A stretch of 32,000 bases of DNA from Breznakia sp. PF5-3 (GTDB lineage Bacteria > Bacillota_I > Bacilli_A > Erysipelotrichales > Erysipelotrichaceae). Positions 17,958-26,147 of the stretch are shown here, piece after piece; position 1 is the stretch's first letter, and the number at the start of each line of letters is the position of its first letter. A program made the translations under genes and the position numbers. Below the pieces are notes generated by a model. It made no database searches and had not been told where the DNA came from. It worked only from the letters and a program-made list of their open reading frames with translations. The stretch covers positions 8,923 to 40,922 of the forward strand of contig NZ_JAQFIQ010000021.1 of the NCBI RefSeq assembly GCF_029504745.1. The letters are read 5' to 3'.

Positions 17958-18374
17958 TTAAAAAACGTTTCCTTTCTTAGTGAGTTTCATTTTCTGTTTA
18001 TCTGTATTTTGATTGTAATTAGCTAAATAACCTATTAACCTTTTTCGGATTATTAGATCTCGAAATAACAATGCAGAGAATGCAAATGCAAAAAGTAATG
18101 CAATAGTTAGAATCATTTCTAGTAAAGTGGTTGAAATACTAGTTTGTATTAAATTATTGAGAAAAAGAAAAATTGGTACAAAAATCAAAACCGTTAAACA
18201 AACTATAACAAAGTAATCAACTTTATTTATAGCGATTCTGCTTTTTTTACCACAATGAGGGCATTCCTTATTTCCCTTGACTTTCTTAACGCGATTTTTC
18301 ACATAGCTTAAAGCAATGTGATTACCACAATGGGGACATGTGAAGTATAATTCATCATTATTTAAATCAGACAT
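17958..18374 (-). CDS. Membrane protein with an N-terminal double CxxC zinc ribbon and two TM helices
   Basis: CPHC ... CPHC is followed by two hydrophobic helices. ATG 18374 is preferred because TAAGGAGA lies 6 nt upstream of it. Confidence 0.6.
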   Translation of the reverse strand: MSDLNNDELYFTCPHCGNHIALSYVKNRVKKVKGNKECPHCGKKSRIAINKVDYFVIVCLTVLIFVPIFLFLNNLIQTSISTTLLEMILTIALLFAFAFSALLFRDLIIRKRLIGYLANYNQNTDKQKMKLTKKGNVF

Positions 18375-18708
18375 ATGATATCTCCTTATATGCAAGAATT
18401 ATAGCATAATAGAAATAAAGAAAGTAGAGGAATAGGAAAAGAAAAGGATATTAGAAAAAGTAAATGGTGGTTAGGATGTTCTTAAAATAAAGCTTGATAG
18501 TAGAGGTTGGACAAAATAGGTTGCATATGCACATATAGAGAATAAAGCTCCATATGTCTACAGAGGAAGCTTTAATTACTTTGAAAACAAATGCTGGAAA
18601 ATATATGGATAAATGGCTATGTTATGTTTTAATATATGAAGTAAAAGACTAAAAAGACTTACTCTCATAATTGTTGAGGGTAGTTTTTTTTGAATGTTCA
18701 ATATATTC

Positions 18709-18738
18709 TTGTTTTTTGGATTAATAATACCGTATAAT
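18709..18738 (+). promoter_or_regulatory. Candidate SigA promoter of the surface-protein gene
   Basis: TTGTTT (18709-18714), an 18-nt spacer, then TATAAT (18733-18738). Confidence 0.4.
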
Positions 18739-18774
18739 TAATATGCATAATACAAAAAGAAAGGATATAATATT

Positions 18775-19788
18775 ATGAAAAAAAGAATAATGATTATGTT
18801 TTCTGCTTTTTTGGTTTTTACATTAGTGCTTACAATGAATAGTGCTACTTTGAGCGCAAGTAACCAAAATGTTTATGAATTCGCAGGGGGAAAGTTTACT
18901 CTGGAACGGTTTGATATAGTTGAAACTGATACAGAAATAATTGTGACTGAAATAGCAAAATTAGAAGTAGAAGACGGTTTGGAAATTGGAGAAAGATTCA
19001 ATTTTCTTAGTGGATATTTGCCCAAAAATGGATTATTCACTCAAAGGATGCCGAGAATTACACTAATATACAATGATATAATTGTCCTGGATTGTGACAA
19101 CACAAATACGTATGTTAATAAGCTTTATGATTATGGTTACTCTAATGGTGCAGCAATAAATGGTAATGTGGAGAGCTATGGATGGTGTTTAAATAGAGAT
19201 GGAAAATTAAAATCTGGAATATATAAAAAAACATATACTTATAGCAAAGATTATTTTAGTAGGAATCAATTTGATAATTTAGTATCATGTGTTTCAAATG
19301 GCTTTGATGTGGTAAAAACAGAAGGAATTAAATACACTTCTCCAAACGCAGGTAGCTTTACACCAGATATGACAATCAATCATGTCAATGGAGATACTTA
19401 TACAGGTGAACAACCATATATAACTAGTGTTAATTATGATAAAGATTTATTTAGTAATGTATTGATTGATGGTGAAGTGGTAGATTCATCAAACTATGAA
19501 GTTACATTGGGAAGTACAGTGGTAACTTTTAAGGATGAATATATGAAATCATTACCTTATGGGGAACATAATATAGCAATTCAATATTCAAATGGTTTAG
19601 CAGCAGAAGGAGCATTCAACATGAATTATATAGTTCCAAAGCCTGCACCAACTCCAACACCTAATAAAGCATCAGGAAAAGATGCTCCAGAAACTAATGA
19701 TACATCAAATGCAAAACTTATGATTTCGTTGTTATTAGTAGCAGGGTTGATTAGTATAAATACTATAAAAAGAAAAATAGAACAATAA
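18775..19788 (+). CDS. Secreted or cell-surface protein with a signal peptide and a C-terminal hydrophobic anchor
   Basis: N-terminus MKKRIMIMFSAFLVFTLVLTMNSATLSA. A Pro/Thr linker PKPAPTPTPN is followed by the C-terminus APETNDTSNAKLMISLLLVAGLISINTIKRKIEQ, which is shaped like a sortase signal but lacks LPxTG. Confidence 0.7.
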   Translation: MKKRIMIMFSAFLVFTLVLTMNSATLSASNQNVYEFAGGKFTLERFDIVETDTEIIVTEIAKLEVEDGLEIGERFNFLSGYLPKNGLFTQRMPRITLIYNDIIVLDCDNTNTYVNKLYDYGYSNGAAINGNVESYGWCLNRDGKLKSGIYKKTYTYSKDYFSRNQFDNLVSCVSNGFDVVKTEGIKYTSPNAGSFTPDMTINHVNGDTYTGEQPYITSVNYDKDLFSNVLIDGEVVDSSNYEVTLGSTVVTFKDEYMKSLPYGEHNIAIQYSNGLAAEGAFNMNYIVPKPAPTPTPNKASGKDAPETNDTSNAKLMISLLLVAGLISINTIKRKIEQ

Positions 19789-19790
19789 TA

Positions 19791-19817
19791 AAAGCTACTC
19801 ATTCGTAGCTTTTTTAT
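19791..19817 (+). terminator. Rho-independent terminator
   Basis: AAAAGCTAC-tcattc-GTAGCTTTT followed by a T-run. Confidence 0.75.
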
Positions 19818-20084
19818 TTACTTCCTTTTAAAAGCCCTACTGTATGATCTCCTTTAGGTTTTACTCCACTTAGTTTTCCAAAAATTCCATCAATTTGCAG
19901 ATTTTTCCATAGGCGCTACCAAATGTCACGTTTCACCGACTATTTTTACACAAATGTATAAAAAGATGATATATTATAACTATTAAATGATAGATGTAGC
20001 CATATAGGATTTGATAAAAAGAAAAGAAGGAAAAAATGAAAAAACTTAAAATTAATTCATACTCAAAAAAAGATATTCAGGAGG

Positions 20085-20297
20085 CACAGCAACTTATGTT
20101 GTAACTTTAACTAGATCTGCTATGGGAAGTATCCAGATAAAGTAGATTATACTTTTACTTATAAAACAACGGATAGCGGAACTCCATTCTCTGTAGGTGG
20201 AGACAATGACTCAAATATACTTGTTACAGTAAGCGAGGGTGAGCCATATGATATTGTAGAATTTGGTGTTCCACAAAGTAACATGATATTGGAATAG
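20085..20297 (+). pseudogene. Frameshifted remnant of a surface/pilin-like protein gene
   Basis: Two short protein-like frames are interrupted by stops: GTATYVVTLTRSAMGS... and VDYTFTYKTTDSGTPFSVGGDNDSNILVTVSEGEPYDIVEFGVPQ. No intact ORF is present. Confidence 0.35.
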
Positions 20298-20336
20298 AAT
20301 AGAAATAGTAATAGAATTTTGAAAAGAGGAATATTT

Positions 20337-20468
20337 ATGAAAAATCAGAAATTTTCAAATAAAATGAATCAATTGAATAATGATAATAAGTCTTATGCAC
20401 TTGGCAGATTACTAATTACATTAGGGATCATCATAGTAATTTTTATCATATGGTTGTTTACTAATTAG
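20337..20468 (+). CDS. Possible 43-aa single-TM peptide
   Basis: ATG preceded by AAGAGGA (7-nt spacing). The product MKNQKFSNKMNQLNNDNKSYALGRLLITLGIIIVIFIIWLFTN has a polar head and one TM helix. It is below the ORF-track size cutoff. Confidence 0.35.
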   Translation: MKNQKFSNKMNQLNNDNKSYALGRLLITLGIIIVIFIIWLFTN

Positions 20469-20719
20469 AGAATATTTTAGGATTTCTTTTCTATATATTA
20501 TGTATACTATTGAGGTGATAATATATACGATATATTGATAGACTTGAGCGATGGCAATATATCATATGAAGAGGCGTTTGAAATCATTATTGATGCGATT
20601 TGTTTTGACGACATTTATGTGATAAAACATGATAAAAATTTAGAAATTAACAATTCTATTAGATAAATAAAAAAAGTGTTTAAACCTTTAAATTAAGGAT
20701 TAAGCACTATTTTTTCAAA

Positions 20720-20795
20720 TGGTGGTCCCGGTCGGAATCGAACCAACGACACAAGGATTTTCAGTCCTTTGCTCTACCGACTGAGCTACGGGACC
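20720..20795 (-). tRNA. tRNA-Phe (GAA)
   Basis: The reverse complement GGTCCCGTAGCTCAGTCGGTAGAGCAAAGGACTGAAAATCCTT...GGTTCGATTCCGACCGGGACCACCA folds as a cloverleaf. The anticodon loop is CTGAAAA and CCA is encoded. Confidence 0.9.
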
Positions 20796-20798
20796 ATT

Positions 20799-20875
<77 letters not shown>

Positions 20876-20901
20876 ATAAATGGTATACTAAATTTTAAGA
20901 A

Positions 20902-20992
20902 TGGCGGAGGAACTGGGATTCGAACCCAGGCGCCAGTTTCCCGACCTACCGGTTTTCAAGACCGGACCCTTCAGCCACTTGGGTATTCCTCC
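20902..20992 (-). tRNA. tRNA-Ser (UGA)
   Basis: 91 nt with a long variable arm. The anticodon loop is CTTGAAA and CCA is encoded. Confidence 0.9.
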
Positions 20993-21012
20993 AAATAGAT
21001 TCTTTTTTTAAA

Positions 21013-21089
21013 TGGTGGACCCTACAGGACTCGAACCTGTGACCCACCGGTTATGAGCCGGATGCTCTGACCAACTGAGCTAAGGGTCC
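21013..21089 (-). tRNA. tRNA with CAU anticodon, most likely tRNA-Ile2 (lysidine-modified)
   Basis: The reverse complement is GGACCCTTAGCTCAGTTGGTCAGAGCATCCGGCTCATAACCGG.... From memory, the GGACC..TTAGCTCAGTTGGT.AGAGCA body resembles Bacillus tRNA-Ile(CAU) rather than elongator Met. Confidence 0.7.
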
Positions 21090-21109
21090 AGCTTAAGCAT
21101 TAAATAAAA

Positions 21110-21186
21110 TGGTGGCTGAAGTGAGACTCGAACTCACGACCTTCCGGGTATGAACCGGATGCTCTAGCCAGCTAAGCTACCCAGCC
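21110..21186 (-). tRNA. Elongator tRNA-Met (CAU)
   Basis: The reverse complement is GGCTGGGTAGCTTAGCTGGCTAGAGCATCCGGTTCATACCCGG.... The anticodon loop is TTCATAC and CCA is encoded. Confidence 0.8.
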
Positions 21187-21196
21187 AAAATTTTAA

Positions 21197-21273
21197 TGGT
21201 CGGGAAGACAGGATTCGAACCTGCGACCCCCTGGTCCCAAACCAGGTGCACTACCAAGCTGTGCTACTTCCCG
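21197..21273 (-). tRNA. tRNA-Pro (UGG)
   Basis: The reverse complement is CGGGAAGTAGCACAGCTTGGTAGTGCACCTGGTTTGGGACCAGG.... The anticodon is TGG. Confidence 0.9.
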
Positions 21274-21292
21274 AATACTCTAAATAAATAAA

Positions 21293-21369
<77 letters not shown>

Positions 21370-21400
21370 ATTAATAACATGCTCTTTACAGCGCTTTATC

Positions 21401-21429
21401 ATAATATCAAACTTCCATGTGCTTTGCAA
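21401..21429 (-). promoter_or_regulatory. SigA promoter of the seven-tRNA operon
   Basis: On the minus strand: TTGCAA (21429-21424), a 17-nt spacer, then TATTAT (21406-21401). It ends about 31 nt upstream of the tRNA-Arg 5' end. Confidence 0.65.
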
Positions 21430-21518
21430 GTCTTTTTTCGATAAAAACAAGGAAAATTATACTTCTTTCATTGATATTTTTGCTTTCTTCAATTACACTT
21501 AAAAGCAGAGGATGATAT

Positions 21519-22412
21519 ATGAAACATGTATTTATAATTAACCCAATTGCAGGGAAGCGTAATCAAAGCGTTGCATTGAGTGGTGAAATTAAAAAAGTTT
21601 TTAAAGATTGTGAATATTATATTGAATTAACTAAGCAAGAACATCATGCTACAGAGATTGCAAAGCAATACGCCTCTGAAGGTGAGGATGTTCGTTTTTA
21701 TGCTTGTGGCGGAGATGGAACACTTCACGAAGTGTTAAATGGAATGTACGAGTATCCAAATGCAAGTTTAGCTATTATTCCAATCGGGACAGGAAATGAT
21801 TTTATAAAATATTTTGATGCATATACACATGAAGATTTTTTAGATTTAAAAGCTATTAAAGATGGGTATTTGATGAAAAGTGACCTTTTGAAATGTAATA
21901 AGCGTGTATGTATGAATATTGCTTCAGTAGGGTTTGATGCTCAAGTTGTACAAAAGGTTGCAAAATTCAAGCGAGTTCCTTTCGTTAATGGGAAAATGGC
22001 ATATCTTTTAGCTGTATTCAATAGTTTTTTTTCTTCTATGAAATTTAAGCACAGTTTGCAAATTGATGATGAATATATACCAGAACAAAACTATATATTT
22101 GTTGTGGCTGCGAATGGACGCTATTATGGTGGTGGATTCAATCCCACCCCAGATGCAACGATTGATGATGGATGTATGGATGTATTAACCATTACTTCAT
22201 TGCCCCGTTATCGAGTTATGGGGTTAATTAGTACTTATAAGGCTGGCGAACATATGAAATATGATTTTGCTTATCATCGACAATGTAAGAAAATAAAAAT
22301 TATAGGAGAGAAAGCCGTTGCATTAAATATGGATGGGGAAACGACATTGGAAAAAGATCCTGAAATTTATGTAATACCAAAAGCTTTGAATCTTATATTA
22401 CCAAAAAAATAA
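21519..22412 (+). CDS. Diacylglycerol kinase catalytic-domain lipid kinase (YegS/DagK/BmrU family)
   Basis: Motifs ACGGDGTLHEVLNG and IIPIGTGNDF. 297-aa ORF with an AGAGGA SD. Confidence 0.85.
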   Translation: MKHVFIINPIAGKRNQSVALSGEIKKVFKDCEYYIELTKQEHHATEIAKQYASEGEDVRFYACGGDGTLHEVLNGMYEYPNASLAIIPIGTGNDFIKYFDAYTHEDFLDLKAIKDGYLMKSDLLKCNKRVCMNIASVGFDAQVVQKVAKFKRVPFVNGKMAYLLAVFNSFFSSMKFKHSLQIDDEYIPEQNYIFVVAANGRYYGGGFNPTPDATIDDGCMDVLTITSLPRYRVMGLISTYKAGEHMKYDFAYHRQCKKIKIIGEKAVALNMDGETTLEKDPEIYVIPKALNLILPKK

Positions 22413-22436
22413 TATCCGCAAGGATATTATTTTCGT
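22405..22436. terminator. Bidirectional terminator between the lipid-kinase gene and proA
   Basis: AATAATATCC-gcaa-GGATATTATT flanked by an A-run and a T-run. It overlaps both stop codons. Confidence 0.7.
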
Positions 22437-23671
22437 ATTGTTCCATCTCCATATACAAGATATTTATAGGATGTTAATGCGGTTAGTCCCATAGGACCAC
22501 GGGCATGAATTTTTTGTGTAGAGATTCCAATTTCTGCTCCAAAACCAAACTCTTCACCATCTGAGAAACGACTAGAAGCATTTTCGTACACAACTGCACT
22601 ATCTACTTGATTCAAGAATTTTTCTGCACGCTTCTTATCTTCCGTAATAATAACATCGGAATGATGTGTTCCATAATGATTAATATGTGAGATAGCGTCG
22701 TCTAATGAAGAAACAACTTTCACAGATATTTCCATAGCAAGATACTCTTTTCCATAATCTTCTTCATCTGCTAGTAAAATACTATCGTCATATGAAGTAG
22801 TTAAAGCATCTCCATGAATTAACACCTGATTTGCTTTTAAGTTCTCAATTAACAGTGGTAAAAAGTTAGCTTGTATATCGTTGTGAACTAAAACACTTTC
22901 ACAGGTATTACAAACACTGATTCGTTGACACTTTGCATTGATAATAATATCAATTGCTTTTTTGAAGTCAGCATCTTTGTCAACATATACATGACAATTT
23001 CCAGTTCCTGTTTCAATAATAGGAACACTTGCATTTTCAACTGTTGCTTTGATAAGGTTTGCTCCACCTCGAGGAATTAGCAAATTTAAATATTCTATTA
23101 ATTTCATAAAAGCAACAGCACTTTCTCTTGATGTATCTTCTAGCAGTTCAATAAAATGTTCATTGTAGCCTGCTTTTATGATACCTTCCTTCATAGCTTG
23201 GACTAAAGCTTTATTAGAATGTATGGTATCTTTACTACCGCGTAAAAAACAAACATTTCCAGCTTTTAAACAAAGTGTCGCAGCATCTACACTAACATTA
23301 GGTCGTGCTTCGTAAATCATTCCTATAACACCAATTGGGACACTTTTTTTGATAATCTTTAAATCATTTCTTTGCCATTCGTCCAATATAACATTGCAAG
23401 GGTCTGGTAAGGAAATAACTTGCTTAACACCAGCGATGATAGCATCCATACGTGATGGAGTCAGGGTTAAACGATCAATAAATGAAATTGGTTTCTTATT
23501 TAGTTCTGCTTGTTCAATATCTTTTTTATTAGCTTCTAAAATTGTACTTGTATGTATTTTTAAGCTTTGAGCAATTGCATCTAAAAGATTGTTCTTACTT
23601 TGTTCATCTAAATTCATTAATTCATAAGAAGCATCTTTACAAGCTTTTCCTTTACATATTAATTCACTCAT
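22427..23671 (-). CDS. proA: Glutamate-5-semialdehyde dehydrogenase (gamma-glutamyl phosphate reductase)
   Basis: 414-aa aldehyde-dehydrogenase-fold ORF with a ProA-typical sequence (GVIGMIYEARPNV, catalytic Cys context NTCESVLVH). The ATG lies 1 nt after the proB stop and is preceded by AAGGAGG. Confidence 0.9.
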   Translation of the reverse strand: MSELICKGKACKDASYELMNLDEQSKNNLLDAIAQSLKIHTSTILEANKKDIEQAELNKKPISFIDRLTLTPSRMDAIIAGVKQVISLPDPCNVILDEWQRNDLKIIKKSVPIGVIGMIYEARPNVSVDAATLCLKAGNVCFLRGSKDTIHSNKALVQAMKEGIIKAGYNEHFIELLEDTSRESAVAFMKLIEYLNLLIPRGGANLIKATVENASVPIIETGTGNCHVYVDKDADFKKAIDIIINAKCQRISVCNTCESVLVHNDIQANFLPLLIENLKANQVLIHGDALTTSYDDSILLADEEDYGKEYLAMEISVKVVSSLDDAISHINHYGTHHSDVIITEDKKRAEKFLNQVDSAVVYENASSRFSDGEEFGFGAEIGISTQKIHARGPMGLTALTSYKYLVYGDGTIRK

Positions 23672-23672
23672 T

Positions 23673-24443
23673 TTATACCTCCTTTTTAAATAGTGTACCT
23701 ACTTTTTTGTTTTCAATAACATCATAGATAACATTTAAGTCTTTACTGTTACAAATTACCATATCACATCCAGCACTTGTAGCAATTTTTGCTGCTGCTA
23801 ATTTTGTAATCATACCACCAGTACCAACTTTATTTGTAGTGTCTTCAGCCATATCTTCAATCTCTTTAGTTACCTTTTCAACTATTGGGATAAGTTTAGC
23901 ATCAGGATAACAACTTGGATTTTTATCATAAAGACCATCGATATCACTTAAAACAATCAACATTTCTGCGTTAATTAGCTGTGCAGTGATTGCTCCCAAG
24001 GTATCATTGTCTCCATATACAAGTTCTTCTGTTGCTACACTATCATTTTCGTTAATAATAGGAATACTACGATATTGTAGTAGTGTTTCCAATGTATTGG
24101 TAGCATTTTCTCTTAAGGTACTATCTACAACAACGCGTTTTGTCATTAGCATTTGTCCTACAATTTTTCCAAATTGTGAAAAAAACTTATCATATATATA
24201 CATTAATTCACATTGTCCAATAGCAGCAACTGCTTGCTTGTTAAATAAAGTTGAGGGGGCTGAGGTCATTTGCATTTTTCCCATACCAGCAGCAACGGAT
24301 CCGCTGCTAACTAGGATTACTTCCATACCTTGATTACTCAAGTCACTAATAATCTTTGTGAGTTCTTCAATTTTTCTTAGGTTCAACAAACCATTCTCAT
24401 AAGCAATGGTACTGGAACCAACTTTAATTACAATTCTTTTCAT
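23673..24443 (-). CDS. proB: Glutamate 5-kinase (short form without PUA domain)
   Basis: Amino-acid-kinase fold motifs IVIKVGSS, VSSGSVAAG and GDNDTLGA. At 256 aa it lacks a C-terminal PUA extension. Confidence 0.9.
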   Translation of the reverse strand: MKRIVIKVGSSTIAYENGLLNLRKIEELTKIISDLSNQGMEVILVSSGSVAAGMGKMQMTSAPSTLFNKQAVAAIGQCELMYIYDKFFSQFGKIVGQMLMTKRVVVDSTLRENATNTLETLLQYRSIPIINENDSVATEELVYGDNDTLGAITAQLINAEMLIVLSDIDGLYDKNPSCYPDAKLIPIVEKVTKEIEDMAEDTTNKVGTGGMITKLAAAKIATSAGCDMVICNSKDLNVIYDVIENKKVGTLFKKEV

Positions 24444-24473
24444 AATAAGTTCACCTCAACTATAATTTTAACC

Positions 24474-24502
24474 ATTATACCGTAAGATATAAGGAATAAC
24501 AA
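24474..24502 (-). promoter_or_regulatory. SigA promoter of proBA with a short leader
   Basis: On the minus strand: TTGTTA (24502-24497), a 17-nt spacer, then TATAAT (24479-24474). A ~30-nt leader carries a GAGGTG SD. Confidence 0.6.
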
Positions 24503-24812
24503 CGAAAACTAAAAATTCATAGAATCATACTATATATAGGAAAGAAAATATTTAATTATTTCTTATATATTGATGATTTGTGACAATTCATGAAACACTT
24601 ATAACAAATAATATTTATTTTGGTAAAAAAGGCGTATAGTATAATCATAAATAATCATCTATTATTTGAGGGCGTAAATGATAATGAGTATTTCATGAAG
24701 GACATTATTTTAAGACAGGTTAGGCTTCGTTGAATTTTTTTATAAATTATTATATTTAATAAACTGAAACTACAGTTTATTTTAATTTTTTTAAAAGTAA
24801 TAAAAACAAAAT

Positions 24813-24837
24813 GAACTTATTCACTGTAATTTACGAC
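24813..24837 (+). promoter_or_regulatory. ECF-type promoter (GAAC-N17-CGAC) upstream of the bactofilin-sigma operon
   Basis: GAAC at 24813-24816 and CGAC at 24834-24837, exactly 17 nt apart. The downstream CGACTATAAATTGAGAGG is near-identical to the second copy at 27541. Confidence 0.6.
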
Positions 24838-24994
24838 TATAAATTGAGAGGGTGTGTATCCAAGGAAGATAGTGGCGTATGTATTATGGGATAAGTTCGT
24901 TTTTTTAGTATATTAAAGTATTTATAATAACAAAGTTATCAGGTTATTATGAAAATAGCATATTTCTTATATTGGGAGCAAGAGGAGAAAAGAC

Positions 24995-26050
24995 ATGGAT
25001 ATATTGACAGGGGCTAACATATTTTCGTTTAATGTAATAATTGCAATTTTATCATTTGTAATCGCAGTATTAATAATTACGTATATCATACGTAAGATTC
25101 TTTTATATCAATTGAAAAAGGAAATCGAATTAGCAGTAGATGTGTATGAAACTCTTTATCAAGAAGTAAATAGTAGTGAATGGGAATATTTGTCAAACTT
25201 AGCGAAACATGATAAGCAAATAGACATGTTGCTTGAACAAAGTAATATGCATGATAATTATAATAGGTTATCTGAAGATTTAAGAGCTTGTAAGTTGTTA
25301 CTTAATGATTTTAATGCACAAAACCTAGGAGATATGGATCGAAGAACAGTAAACTCTACGTTAACATTTATCAATGGATTGATGGATAATATGGAAGATA
25401 CGATTTCAGATTTTTATCATGCTTGTATCCAGCAAACACAGTCTTTAAAATTAGATTCTAAAGTAGATGTGATTCAAAAACATGAGCAAGTGGAACCAAA
25501 ACGTCAACCAGTACAACAAAGCGTAAAATCTTTAAATAAAGAAATAGTGAAACCAAAAACTAGCAATGAAGAACCAAAGCCTAAAGTTGATCAACGACCA
25601 AATATAATAATGCAGGATTTAAAAGGAAATGAAGGTGTTTCAATAATTTCATCACAAACAAAGATAGATGGAAATATTATTGCGAAAGAAGAAGTAATGA
25701 TACTAGGAAAGGTAAATGGATCTGTAAAATCAGAAAAATATATAGAAATTGATGCAGATGCGCAAATCAAGGGAAAACTTATTGCTCCTATGGTGCATAT
25801 AAAAAGTGGTAGTTTACTTTGTGATATTTTAGCTTCAAAACAAATATTTATATCGGAAAAGGGATATATAAAAGGAAATATTGAAACGCAAGACATTGTA
25901 GTTGCTGGAACTATTGAAGGGAATATGAAGACAAGTAGTTTAAATGTAAATGAAAGTGCAAAGATTTTTGGTGATATTTATACCAATGTAATTGAAATAG
26001 AAAAAGGTGCACAAATCAGTGGGGAATTTACGATGACTCAAGAAGCATAA
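24995..26050 (+). CDS. Membrane-anchored bactofilin-domain (DUF583/CcmA-like) protein
   Basis: An N-terminal TM helix (IFSFNVIIAILSFVIAVLIITYII) is followed by RK. Next come a helical region, a Lys/Pro-rich linker, and a C-terminal ~130 aa of bactofilin-type beta-helix repeats (IDGNIIAKEEVMILGKVNGSVKS ... IKGKLIAP ... IKGNIETQDIVVAGTIEGNM ... IFGDIYTNVIEIEKGAQISGEF). GAGGAG SD. Confidence 0.8.
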   Translation: MDILTGANIFSFNVIIAILSFVIAVLIITYIIRKILLYQLKKEIELAVDVYETLYQEVNSSEWEYLSNLAKHDKQIDMLLEQSNMHDNYNRLSEDLRACKLLLNDFNAQNLGDMDRRTVNSTLTFINGLMDNMEDTISDFYHACIQQTQSLKLDSKVDVIQKHEQVEPKRQPVQQSVKSLNKEIVKPKTSNEEPKPKVDQRPNIIMQDLKGNEGVSIISSQTKIDGNIIAKEEVMILGKVNGSVKSEKYIEIDADAQIKGKLIAPMVHIKSGSLLCDILASKQIFISEKGYIKGNIETQDIVVAGTIEGNMKTSSLNVNESAKIFGDIYTNVIEIEKGAQISGEFTMTQEA

Positions 26051-26147
26051 TGCAAAGAATAGAATAAAGCGAATAAGATATAAGGATAGTTACATATGTA
26101 TATAGAAGATGTCAGTAGAATATTTTATAAATAATAAGGGGGACAAT

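Noticed and set aside
17596-20719. Active mobile element, prophage or defence island between the tRNA-Phe repeats
   Set aside because: No integrase, recombinase, transposase, nuclease, ATPase or other defence-type domain is visible in any frame. The repeats have diverged (2 of 32 nt plus the flanks). The content is mostly debris.
24444-24760. T-box or other riboswitch leader for proBA (as in Bacillus subtilis)
   Set aside because: On the minus strand I found no T-box sequence (AAnnnGGGTGGTACCGCG-like), no specifier-loop/terminator pair, and a good SigA promoter only ~30 nt upstream of the SD. The leader appears too short for a riboswitch.
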